A DNA stretch of 56,122 bases, the filler included, from Sluysia triapertura (Eukaryota), in the NCBI GenBank assembly GCA_046118255.1. It is 4 parts of 4 records of this genome, joined end to end, with 100 filler letters (N's around TTAATTAATTAA, not from the genome) between each part and the next. Parts side by side here need not be neighbours in the genome. Positions count along the whole stretch, not along the records: positions 14,307 to 28,730 come from JBJNIA010260068.1; 3 more parts are not named here. One strand, written 5' to 3'. The notes beneath the pieces are model-generated. The model did no database searches and was not told where the DNA came from. It saw only the letters and a list, made by a program, of their open reading frames with translations. Each line of letters starts with the position of its first letter. Position 1 is the first letter of the stretch. Shown here one piece after another: positions 14,307-26,599 of this stretch. The translations under genes and the position numbers were made by a program.

Positions 14307-14529
14307 ATAGTAGTTATATTCACATTTAAAAATAAAATCAACGTTTAAATTACAAAAAAGTTTGTAATAATACAGCAATTTAGGTTTAGCAAAAGAAACG
14401 ATATTGAGTAACTGTCCAAACGTCCGTGCACAGTCACGATCGGAGAGCCAGAGCAGAGTATCGCACTGTATGCATTCTTCCAAAACACGAGGGCACGTGT
14501 ATGCCGATGTATTATTATGATCAAAATTA

Positions 14530-14617
14530 AAATATTCTATGTTATCTTTATCAAGATCAGCTTTAAAATACTTTATATTATCTTTATCAAGTTCAACTTT
14601 AAAATGCTCTATGTTAG
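14530..14617. repeat. Short tandem repeat, ~36-bp unit, ~2.4 copies
   Basis: TTATCTTTATCAAG-ATCAG/TTCAA-CTTTAAAAT recurs in tandem. Confidence 0.7.
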
Positions 14618-16450
14618 AGATGGGTGAGTGAGTAGGACACTACATAGAGTATTGATTGAACTCTGAGAGGACTTGCTATAATTTCTTGTTTAGTTAATGA
14701 ATAATCTTTATTAGTTTATCTTGATCGAAAGTGTAGTGTGGTATATGTTAAGTTAAGTGATCAAGAAACATGTTGTTTAAGGGTATTCTTATTGCGTTGT
14801 TTCGGTCTTTTTAATATTGATTTTAGACTGAATATTGGTATTTGGTTGGGTTAATGTAGTCCATATGCCAGTTGGTTGGATGGTGGGTTGATTGTGTTTA
14901 GCGATTGTGTGGAGTGATATTGCTGACGTATTTTGTGGATTGGTGTTTATATTTTTCCTGTTTCTTAATGCTGGGGACGGTGTTTTAAAATGGTTTAAGT
15001 TTTTCTGGAGTGATCTGGTATTGAGCTGGTGAAGTGTTATGGTGTTTACTGGTATGTTGGTGCGCATTGTGTGATTGAGTAGAATGTGGGTTGTTTGTCG
15101 TTACACGCGTCATATAATATTTTAAGATTACTATTGTTGGTTTTAATTTTTTTATGATTATGGGTTTTCTCAAGGTTAGATTTCATTTGCAATTTCATAG
15201 TATTAAAATTATATTTATATAAGATTTTATGAATTTTATTACTGTAGCGCATATCATCATCTATGTCATCAACATAAGCACCGTTAACAAAGCGATAAAA
15301 ATTTTGCATTTCGAAAATGACTATGGGTGTCTTTTCTGTTTTCTCCTGACAGAAATAACTTCAATAAATAATAGAAACAATAACCGAATTCCAAGTACCA
15401 AATATTGTTGATTAATAACTTGAATACCAACCTTCAACCAACAACTCCCATCAATAACTAACTGCTTGAATGATTGAAAAGAACGCTTCTATTTATATTC
15501 GACTTTTTCCATAATAACGACACTTTAATTTTGTAATAATTTACTTTTTTGATATTATTTCGTATACACTATAGTTTGTTATTATTTTATAGTATATATG
15601 GTATTATTTTTCCATCTTTATTTTAATTACTATTATTTTATTCACTTTATTGTTAACTATTATGTTATTACTTTTTGTCTTAATTTTTAATTTACATTAT
15701 ATTTTTCTATATTATAACTCTAATAATAATTTTATTATTTTTTAATATAGAATTATATTATTTTGATTTTATAAATAATTTTTATTCTTAATTAATTTCT
15801 CATAAATAATCTTCACACTATAATTATTTATTATTATTATTATAACATTATTTAGACAAGTCTTTGCGGACTTAGCATTTATCTGACTATAGATTATAAT
15901 GAACACTTCTTAATTCAAAATTATAAATTTTATAATACGAACATGACGTTATTTGATAAATTAGGGAGGATGAAAAATAAACTAAGATATGACATAAAGG
16001 CTTTATAGACATAAAATTTTATAGTACAAGAGAATGAATCACAAAAAGAAATAGAATAATTAACAATTCTTACTTTAATTTCTTTTGCAATATGACACAA
16101 CGATATGTGACGAAAGCTGCAGACTTTGTCTGAGTAAGTGGATTTTCACCAATCAAAATGTATCTATCGTTGTTTCTGCAGAGATATCTCATCCACAACT
16201 TAATGCAATTGATAATGAACCGCAGTGCCAGTTGGGGTGGTAAGAGTTAATATAAAAATAGGTATTTTTTGTAAATTTTGTTCTAAAGTATCTTGATATT
16301 CCATTTGATTGAAATATTAGTACTATATCATAAACAAACAATAAGCAAATAACATTTTACTTATATTGAAAACTAATAAATTATAAATAATAACACTTTC
16401 TTAATAAAGCTTTATAAAGAATAGGTATATTTGTAAGTAGAAATAAATAT

Positions 16451-16812
16451 TGTGGAGTTTGAGACACTTGAAGGTTTTAGTTATTGCAATATAATTTTAT
16501 TTTGATCTATTTTTTACTCTTTCGCAAAATATTTAAATATTTTAATAGTTGAGTTCGCCTTATGACTTATGTCTTTGAGGGATCTTTGATAAATTAAATA
16601 AAACGTTAAATGAGTAAACTGTGTAATTTTAAATTATATAATATAAAAATTGTGTTGTGTTTAATGTATGTTTGATGATTTGATATTTTGTGTAAGATTG
16701 CGTTGAAGTTTATTTAAGATTTTGTTTATAATGACTGCTGTGTTGGATTGTGTTGATTTTTGCCTAAGATTGTGTTTATAATTAGAGTGTTTTTGATTTT
16801 GACCTCACCACA
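16451..16812 (-). repeat. Putative 3' LTR of the Gypsy element
   Basis: On the minus strand it starts TGTGG (16812), right after a PPT-like AAAAGGGAGCTTA (16825-16813), and ends CCACA (16451). This gives TG...CA termini with a 5-bp inverted repeat, directly downstream of the integrase remnant. Confidence 0.65.
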
Positions 16813-17392
16813 TAAGCTCCCTTTTGAGTGACGAAGCGAAATGAAATGGTTGAAGAATTTGTTTTTACATTTTGTATCGACATGGGAGGTTCCCATTTAT
16901 CGAAGGTTTGAATTGCAAGTCCCGAGGCAAACATGACTGATTTGATTGGAGAATAAGAGGTAATTTCTTTATTGTGAACTAGATTTGAAACTAGTTTTAA
17001 CTTGCGCCAGTTGACATTTCGAGATTGACCAGCTGCGGAGATTATCGCGGTTTGATTTTCTGGATTTATTTTAATTACCTTGCGCGATCCAGAGAGCTAG
17101 GGCTTTCCAGTGCTAAGCAAACGAATTCTTGTGGCAATCGGGTATTAGTACTAAATACATTCTGAGCTGGAGGATATCCTTTAGCTGTGTGTGGGGTATT
17201 CCTCCAACTGAGTAAAATTAGCGAAAGTGCATCGGATCAGTTTTTTATTGATAAAGCCCGGAGAGAAGTTTTTAGAGTTCTGTAGAACCGTTCTGTTCTA
17301 AATCTAGAACTGCCTAGTTTCAGTAAGTTGTTAAACAGTTCTTCAAACTGTGTTACTTGTGTTGTGCTTAATTGACTTAATACTATAAACCT

Positions 17393-18307
17393 CAACAATT
17401 ATGAAATAAATTAACTTACAAGGTTCCGCCTATAATTTGTGATTTATAACGTGAAAACAAACTATAGGATTTTTAAAGCCAATAACTACGTAAAGAATTA
17501 TTGAATGCAGTGCTTAATGAGGGTCATTTTTTAAATGAAAGTTATAAAATCGTTAACTTATGGATCTTCAGAACCTTTTATTCATTTATTATTTATTCTT
17601 TATACTAATTAATTAAGAAAATCGAAGAAACAAAAATTTATTCAATAAGTAAATAAAACTATTCGTATAAAATTACACAAACAATGTAATTCTTTAATTT
17701 TAGAATGATTTTGATCTAGGTAGAATACTTGGGTATCGATAACTTTATGATTTTATGTGTATTTTGACACTAAATATTATGGTGTAACTTTACAGAAACA
17801 AACCTACGTATTTATCGTGGAACAATCGTATATAAACGTTCATGCTGGCTCGAGCAATCTAATTTTCCCAAATAAAATTGTAACTGGATAAAATTATTTG
17901 TTGTTTTTTCAGTTTCAATCTTTCGTGATTGTTACATGCTAAATAAAATTTTCTAAAAAATAATTAATTAATATACTAACTATAAGATCGGAACAATAAA
18001 GTTTTCAGAATAATAAAATTTTTGAAATATTCCGGAACTTAAAAACGATAAGATTGAATAATAAAAATTTCAGCAATAAAATTGAAAAATAAAATGATTA
18101 TAAAATTTTCAGGACGAATAAATTTCTAAAATAAAATAACTATAAAATTTTTATTGTTTAAAAAATATTTTTCTTAATTATTAAATTATTCTATATATTA
18201 ATTTAAATTATTATTAATTTTAATTAAAATGATTTAAAATAGTATAATTATAATTTTAAAATATTAAAATTTTTTAATTTATTTACACTTTTACACATTT
18301 TTACATT
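17393..18307. mobile_element. Unclassified ~915-bp insertion splitting the Gypsy integrase
   Basis: The integrase core stops at ~18310 and resumes at ~17390. The insert is flanked by an imperfect 9-bp duplication, TATAAACCT (17384-17392) and TATACACCT (18308-18316). Confidence 0.55.
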
Positions 18308-21300
18308 TATACACCTGAAATCTGGTTTGTGACTAAGATTCTTGATATTGTTTATACCGTAATTTATCGCAGAGGAAAAACCTGTGGCCAAGAACTTTGT
18401 CTCTCTATAATTGTTAATATATATGTGTGTATCCTTTTGAATTTGGTAATGACCCGACTATATCCATATGGATGGTTGGCCTGTGGGAAAATGGAGACCT
18501 GGCTTCGTATGTTTGTACATTTTGACGGCTTGGCAACTCAAACACGATTTGATCTTTGAACCACGTAAGTTGATTTTTCATGAATGTATTGCATTGTGTT
18601 GAATTGGCCCGATGATTGGCCTTGGAATTCCAGATAATCAGTGATCAAAATAGACACCTCAGGATGGCATGGTACCAAAACGACATAGAATAATCTTTGA
18701 GATGTTGATGGTGAACATTGGTTCGAATTCAATAATGTTAATTCTAATCGTGATAGAGCATCGGTGACCATATTTTCCTGTTCAGGGATGGGTTGGATAT
18801 CAAAGTTTAACTTTGATAGGTAACTTTGTTGTCGCAGTGAAGTATTATTCATAGACAATATAAGCAAGAAAGGTTTGTGGTCGGTTCGTCGTGCGAATTT
18901 TACTGGCGTGAGTAAATATTCGAAATATTTGACTGCCAGATATCGCTAATAATTCTCGATCGAAAGCTGAATAATATGTTTGTTGCGTTGACAACTTAAA
19001 TTTGAAAAATTGGTATTTCTTCGGTTTTGTGATAAGATTATTGTCTGCCAAACGTTTCAAAATTTGGTCTAAATGTTCTTTATGTGAATTATTACCTGTG
19101 GATGTAATAATAATATCGATTTTTATGCTGCCCCAACGGTAGACTTCATAATATTTGATCTATTTGACGTTGGAAATTTTGGGCTGAATTTCGAAGACAA
19201 AACGGCATACGAATATATTATCCAAAAGGAGTAGTGACTGCGCCTTCGTTAAATCTGCTGCACTGGACTTTAGTGATTTTCTTTTGCCAAATCAATGCGG
19301 AATTACTGGTGAATCGGTGCGAGATATAAGTTATTAATAGCATCTGGAATCGTGACTTTGTTTAACATTCTGCAGTCAGCGCATATCCTGATTGATCCAT
19401 CTTTTATTAAAATATTTGGAGAGATGAAGCTCAATAAGAGGAAGATCATCGCACAATTCAGTGTTTTTGCATCTCGAGGAATTCTTGTGCTCGAATTTTA
19501 TGTTAATTCGTGTCGTTTTAGTTTGTACTAATTGTTGAAATGGACAGAGCTAGGTGTGTGATATGTGGAAAATTCTTTTAACAGATCGGAATATTAGATT
19601 CCTATATAAGCCAGAACATTTTCTTTGTTTATACTATGTAATTCAAACTTATATGAGGTATTTGTCTTTTAATGTACCAGAACTTTTGTTCAAAGAAATA
19701 AGCTCCCAGCATTGGCTGATGAACTGAATCTGTAATGAAATTCCATTCGAATTTTTTCTTAAATTGTGGAAGTTGGAATTTCAGTTTCTGAGTTTCGTAG
19801 CGTGCCAGAGAATATTTGTTAGCTGCTGTTAAGAATTGATTAAACTGTGCTTTTATCTTGCACAATATATTACTAATTACTGAAACAGCCGCCCACATAT
19901 CAATTATGAACTCTAGCCGAGGATAATTGAAGTTTTGAAATGTCAGCGTCACGGGAAATATTGAAAGAGATGTCACTTTGGTCGGTTTAGCCTCTATAAT
20001 CAATAGATCATATTTGGACTGTATTATGTCGCAGATAAACGCGATTAGATTTTAAGCACTAAACGACCTTATTAATTTCTGTGTTCCTGTCATTGTATTG
20101 TGCGATTTCATATCCGCTTGAGGTTCCATTGTTGTCCAAATAAATGAATTGGCGACAACTTTGCAGATGAGTTCATTTCTGTTGAGTTGATATTTTTTCT
20201 TCGCTTCTGTTAATTTCTGTTGGTGTATTGTTACCTCCGAGGAGTTGATGTTGGATTTTTATTGTTGCTCTGTTAGTGATTTCATATATTGTTCACATAG
20301 TTCAATGGATGAGACCACATGCATGTTTATGTTTCGATAATTCATGGAGAATCGCAGTTTTTTCCTTTCGATTATTATTTTTGTTTATATTAATGTGACA
20401 GGTTATGCGTTTTATATTAATATTGATTTGAACAGTTGTTGGGATTCGTTTTACACTCTATTGTTTTATTGTGTTAGATTTCGTGATTATTTCTGCCATT
20501 CTTGCAAACTTGAGCATAAGTAAATTGTTGCTTCGCTATATTCGAGTTTTCGGACCACACAACTGATATATACAGATTGTTTTTATCAGGGGAAACGAGC
20601 CCAGTTTTTACCTTATTTGTTTTGGAGAGTCCCATGTGTGGCTTTTTATTGGTAGAATTTTTATATGCTATAATTCTTTTGCAAATATTTACCTCTTCCT
20701 TATGAATCATTTGAACTTATATTTTCATTGATCTTCTTGTAATGGTTCTTTGGTGGTGCTTGAGTCTCGAGAACTGGGAAAAGATTTTGTGTAGTGTAGC
20801 ACTTACTTTGAGAGACGCTTTGATAATTTATACTTATCAATATTATTTGTCTTTAACTTAACGCAGCACTTTATCTTCAGTTCTAGATCTATAGGTTGCT
20901 GAAATAATTTAGTTGCAATATAATTTATATTTTTCAAGTTTGTTTTACTTACACAAGTTATGATTCTAAAAATATTTAGAATTACTCTTGACACTGTTTC
21001 TTTATTTAATTTCGATTTTATAGATCGTAACCAATTTAACACCAGGCGAAACTGAACGAACGCCCGATTAACGAATTATAACAAAATAAAACGTAAAGCA
21101 GAGAATTAATTAAAAACGACAAAAATCGCGAATCAAACACAAATGTTCTAGACCGTTCTAGAAACTTCTTTTTTATTTTTAGTAAGGAGTTTTTAGGAAA
21201 ATGAGGTTTATTTTTAAGAAAATAGGCTTTAATTAGTACGGTTTATAAAAATTTGACCGCAGATTTTAAAAAATATATAATAGTTATATATGTTACAGTT

Positions 21301-21800
21301 ACATATAGTTATGACTATACACTAGTTTATGCAATATCGTTATAACAAACATTTATGCAACAGTTGATTGTCGGGCGCCACAGGGGCGAGATGGATGCAA
21401 GGCATCGCAAAGGCCTGTTTGTTGTATTTTTATTATTTAACAGAATATATTGTATGAAAATCGAAAAGGTCTTATAAAAATTACAAAATTTATCATTACA
21501 TTTAGCAATTTTTATTAACAATTTCGTGCTTAAGGCACTTAATAATAATTACTACGTGCCTCAGAGGGCGAATTAAATAAAGATAACACAACAATTTAAT
21601 TGTATTATTAATGACACAAATCATTGTTGACACGCAAACAAGATTAAAATTTAAATTCTTACATAGGTAGAGTCAAACAGACCAAGATTTGTGACTCGCC
21701 GGAACTGGAATTTTCTCAATTTTAAGATAATTTATCTCATAATTTCTAACGACTCTCACTCTACTCCAAATATCTAAATGATTATGGAATTATTTAAAAT

Positions 21801-22045
21801 AGCGGTTTTCAAACGTACGGACACTAAATAAAGCTATAATCAAACATTTATTTCTAATAAGATCGTCTTTATCTTTAAATTTTATGTAATTATTAAAATA
21901 GCCGTTTTCGAACATAGGGACGCTAAATAAAACTATAATCAAACATTTATTTCGAATAAGATCGTCTTTATCTTTCTTTATGTATGTGGTAATGTCCTTT
22001 TATGATAAATTCAGCTCTCACGTCTTGGATATGTTCAACACCGTG
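21801..22045. mobile_element. Probable hAT-type MITE with a tandem duplication of its left ~95-100 bp
   Basis: Flanked by TTTAAAAT (21793-21800 and 22046-22053), with imperfect ends AGCGGTTTTCAAAC / GTTCAACACCGTG. The unit 21782-21876 is repeated at 21882-21975. Confidence 0.5.
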
Positions 22046-22052
22046 TTTAAAA

Positions 22053-22700
22053 TTAATGAAATGAAGAGTAACCTGATGATCTTGATATTTTGACAACACA
22101 AGCATTATTTAATTCACAGGTATAAAATTGATAATTATCAAAAAATTTTAAAATAGTACTAACATAAACAGGAGCCAACTCCTCACAACCTGAATCAAAC
22201 AAAAATGGTAGCAAGCAATTTTCTTCGCATACTTTAGATATAAATAATATGCAATTAAGTGTTTGAATTTCAAATTCTTTCCATAAATCAGTATTCTCAG
22301 ACAATTGTTTTGAAGGTTGATTCGGTATTTTAATTACTGTATCTAACAAATATTTCGTAGTCTAAAGTTTAATGCGGGCCAGTCCCACTTCACTTGACTC
22401 TAATAATTTATTAAAATGACGAAAACAACGATTCGATTCATCGATTTTGTATTTCTTAAACAAGATTAAGTTTCTGCTTTCGCATTGTTTATTCTTTAGA
22501 AAATCATTGAATGAGTAAACTTAACTGCAGTTTAACGATATAAAACAACCGAGATTTAGAATGATCAACATCTTTATGTCCACAATTCTTACACAATCCA
22601 TTCTCAGATACATGATTAGTACATTTACACTCTCCATTCTCGCATGACAAAACTGCAATATTTCTTTGTTACATTGGTTGTCATATTTAAAAAACAGCTC
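22053..22700 (-). pseudogene. Decayed coding-like remnant with a Cys cluster, possibly a CACTA/EnSpm-type transposase
   Basis: Frame reads SCENGECKCTNHVSENGLCKNCGH, followed after stops by ORF 22053-22349. The family assignment is tentative. Confidence 0.25.
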
Positions 22701-23814
22701 TATAGCTTATTTGTTGGAAAAATTTTAAAAAAATGCCTTATTAAAACAAAGCATTTTTCATCAAATACACCAAAACAAAAATCTCATAAACCTCTTAAAT
22801 CTCTTTAAACTAGAATTTTGTAATTCAGAAAATCAATTTAGAAAAGATGAACATAAGTATGCATCTTTACGAAATAATTTCTTTTTACGGAGCGAGTCGA
22901 ATGCAGATAGAACGTTGTAGATAAAAAAAGGAAATACCAAAGAATGAACTAAGTTGATTTTTAAGAAAATTTTCAAATTATTTCCAAATGCTGTCAAAGT
23001 AAGTTTGAGAGAAAGAACAAGTTACTCTAACACAACATAAAGACTGAGCTCGTAATCATTTGCATTGAAAATAAGTTATAGAAACTTCATCTCTTTTCGA
23101 AATCTGCTAGTACTATTTATTCTTTACGTAAACATGCGACGAAAGATCATTTGAGAAAGAAGTTGCTTGAAATGTCTTTATGAAAGTACTGTTTAAATCT
23201 TAGATATAAAATATTACACAATGTATGAAGCATTTACAATGATTCTGCATAAAAAGGATACACTAAAAAAGTGGTGTTGACGTGATGATGACGTGACGAC
23301 AAATGTTACTTCTATATCAATAAACAGAATATTAAAAAATGTTAGAGTTTATTATACGTCTATGTTTTGTTAATAATTTAGAGGTGTGATAGTTTAAATA
23401 TTACGAATGGGCTTTGTTTTGGTGTGATTTTTGTAATGAAGTTTGTGTGGTATTTGTAGAGAATTATAAAATAAGTATAATTGAAATTAAATGAATTTAA
23501 ATAAGTTTAATTGAAATTTTAACAAAATCATAGGATGTATCTTTTCCAATCGATATGACCACTGCCACCGGTCGTGTTTTCGTGTTAAAAATAGATAAAA
23601 TTTAATAGCTTCAACCGTAAGATTGATTGCAAACAGAGTGAAATGTATGAAGATCATTGCATAAAGATTTTTGCATAAGTGTATTGTTAAAATTATATTT
23701 AAGATTAATTGGAATCAGATTGATTGATTTATTCTCATTTATTTTGTTGTTCCTTTTATTGGCATTTGAATTCCGTTTGACTCTTAAATATATTTGACAG
23801 CAAATATAGTTTGC

Positions 23815-24310
23815 ATTCGGGTCCAGCTGTGATCGACGATTAAAATTCTAACGAAAAACACTTCCAATAAGCATCGGAATTATATATTTGGTCGGATTTC
23901 AAATCATTTGCTTGAACATATTCCTCAAATTCAATCCGGAATTTAGTAGCAGCATCATCTCTGCTAAGGCGTTCTCCATGGTTTGAAAACTCACGGATAC
24001 AATGACGTTTCTTAAATCTGGTTAGCCATCCAGAAGATTCTTTTAATCTCAATGAATCATAAACGAGCCTGTAATTGGCACTCATGCTCGTTTTTGATCA
24101 AACCATTTAAGTGTAGCTGTATCTAAATCTTCATATGATAACATTTTCATACTTTTCCGAGTTAAAGGACCTGCATTACTATCACAATCTCTTGTAAACT
24201 CCAACTTTCTTTTTTGCGAACTGTTTGAGCACCAACTCCGTATTCTTCCGAAAGTTTCGATGTGGATTTACCCTTTTCACTCATTTCAATTAACTGAAGT
24301 TTTTGCGACT
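23815..24310 (-). mobile_element. Tigger/pogo (CENP-B/Jerky-like) transposase remnant
   Basis: KLSEEYGVGAQTV (psq HTH), YEDLDTATLKWFDQKR, SSGWLTRFKKRHCIR and DQIYNSD..YWKC. Frameshifted and truncated. Confidence 0.85.
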
Positions 24311-26374
24311 CTTGCGATTATTTATTATAAGGTATTTTAAACCTAAAGAAAAATAAACAATACATACCTCTAAATCAATAGCAAATCAATAAAATTAAAA
24401 TTGAACTTAAAATAAATAAACGCGTATTTATTTAAACAATTATGCATTTAAACAATCGGGAGTTTAAAATTTTGACTTTTAATCTTTTCTTAAATAGATT
24501 TTGAGTCTAAATATTACATATTGTAATGTTTTGATGAAATTAAGTGTAATTTGACCCTTATATTCAATGGAATAACTTACGATTTCTTCTTTGACAGTAA
24601 AAAATTTCGCTGGAACTGTAGATTAAGTGTTTTAAGTAGAATGTTTCTAAGTGTATTAATCCCAAAAATGATGAATCGCCAGAAACACAATAAGCAACGA
24701 TGTACAAATATTGTACTAATCGCAAATGTAAAATCCGAAATTAAAATTTTCCAAATGTATCAAACTTAACGATCTCTAATTATGATTACTGCTGCTATTG
24801 GAGTCGTGTGTTTTTACCTTTTATATGAAAGTTATTACGGGTACAACATCCAATAAATAAAATTATGTGTTTGTCGCAGCCAAAATTGTAATTGTCAGGA
24901 ATACAAAATACCATTGAATCTGAAATAAATGAAATAATAATAATAATATTTTAAAATAATAATAATAATAAAACTAAATAATAAATAACTTGGAATTTAG
25001 GCATATTACTAAATTATTATCTAAATATTTATTATATATAACTTGAATGGTACCAGCGAATATTGTTACTAATGAATAGTGTCTTATCTAAAATAAAATA
25101 ATTAATTGAGAAACAATACTTACTGATAACTTAATTCGTTTTCATATATAAAGGATATAAAGAAAGTGACTCTGTAAGAATTCAATTGTTATTATTACGT
25201 TATTTGTTAAAAATAAAGATGTGATTCTTAGACATTATTATTTTTATCATTATCCTCTGAAAATTGGCGATCCTCTTGGGTCATCATTGGTTTCCGAAAA
25301 TATTATTATTATTCTTGAAATAATATTTTATATTTATTTTGTTTTCGTATTCACATCTTGCACTTATTGAATTTTAATATTTGTTTACAATATACCTTTT
25401 GTGTTTCTCACTCAGTTATTAAAGAACTTGTGTCGAAGATAATAAGCATTAAGTAAAAGAAATAAAATTAGGTTAAACGTTAATGTTAAGAGTACAAGAT
25501 ACTAAGAAGCAAATATAATTTCAAATTAATAGTAATTAATAGAAAATATTAAATAAATTAGGAAAAAGAATTTTGCTGATAGAAAACGAATTAAATGTAA
25601 TTCAGATTAATTAGCGTCTAGAAACGATTGACAGAATGAGTTGTTTTGTTAAATTATAATTTTTTTACAAAGAGTTTCGTCTATTCTTTTAGTTAATTTA
25701 CTAAGATAGTTGAAGTAGTTACACAATATAAATAAAGGAGGAGATTATCACAGTTGAAATAGATGATTGAGAATTTGTATAGAAATTTTAATTTCAAAAG
25801 AATTTTCGAGTTTTACAATTGTTGTTACCTACGAATACGTCGCATTACGCTTAAACCGTTTATCATAGACGGACCCTAATTATATTTTACAATTTGCAAG
25901 CATAAGAAAAATTCCAGCATAATTAATCTGTTATTTTATAAATAATTAAAATATTTTCTTAAATTTATTATTAATTGAAAATTATTAAACTTTTAAAATT
26001 TATTTCCTTTAATTCTTTTAAAATTTTCTTATGTAATTATATAGCGTATTGTCGTCGCTTGATAGTGCAATTTTATTTAATTTGATTGCAAGTGTTTACC
26101 TTATTTGTAGCAGCTGCAAAATGTGTGGAAGACATTATTACAGGATTTATTTTTGCCTTGGAACTTTATTGTATTAAAATATCTCGCAACGAAGGTCACT
26201 TTTTATTAGTAATGAAATCTTTTAATTAAAGTGTTATTCTAGGGATCTATACTAAAGAAAAACTTATATTCAAACAACTTATGCTTTTAAAGCACATTTA
26301 ATTTTCTGATACATTTGTGATACGTATCTTTTCATTTGTGATTTATCGAACTATTTCTAGAAAACTTGAACGAG

Positions 26375-26376
<2 letters not shown>

Positions 26377-26440
<64 letters not shown>
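26377..26440. repeat. (ATT)n microsatellite in the intron just upstream of the MsrB exon
   Basis: Directly visible. Confidence 0.95.
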
Positions 26441-26443
<3 letters not shown>

Positions 26444-26459
26444 TAATAAAATAATTCAG

Positions 26460-26599
26460 GTATGCTTCGAGTAGAGGTGAACTGTTCAAATTGCTTCAGC
26501 CATCTTGGTCACGTGTTTGATGACGGACCGCATCCTACGGGACTTCGATACTGCATTAATTCCAATTCTTTGAAATTCTATCCATCGTCAGCACCTTAG
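26460..26599 (+). CDS. MsrB: Terminal coding exon of methionine-R-sulfoxide reductase (MsrB/SelR family)
   Basis: After the TTCAG acceptor: (G)[45 protein letters not shown]. Contains the second Zn-binding Cxx[11 protein letters not shown] and catalytic RYCINS. AATAAA lies ~150 bp downstream. Too short to appear in the ORF track. Confidence 0.95.

Larger units (their letters stand above)
16451..21060 (-). mobile_element. Degenerate Ty3/Gypsy LTR retrotransposon (gag-PR-RT-RNaseH-IN-PPT-LTR)
   Basis: Minus-strand motifs occur in Gypsy order. Gag-like WLRSIKSKL...NYIATKL...DKYKL (20803-21042). Protease FIIDMWAAVSVI...LTAANK...PMLGAYFF (19629-20003). RT DGSIRICADCRMLNKVTIPD and RMPFCLRNSAQNFQR (~19150-19400). 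RNase H YSAFDRELLAI and ENMVTDALSR (18740-18990). Integrase IHMDIVGSLPNSKGYTHILTII (~18330-18480) and ERFYRTLKTSLR (~17255-17295). Many stops; no 5' LTR seen. Confidence 0.9.

Noticed and set aside
14390-14520. GC-rich patch with open frames near the contig start
   Set aside because: No recognisable protein or RNA motif and no convincing splice-site pair.
21371-21380. TGGCGCCCGA on the minus strand, like a tRNA-Lys primer-binding site upstream of gag
   Set aside because: Only 10 nt match, and it is not preceded by the LTR end (CCACA) or any copy of the 3' LTR.
22175-22205. FDSGC motif as a possible upstream MsrB exon
   Set aside because: Wrong strand relative to the MsrB exon and lacks the following GWPxF.
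26111-26194. AG-bounded open frame upstream of the MsrB exon
   Set aside because: The translation shows no MsrB similarity and the donor (GTCACT) is weak.
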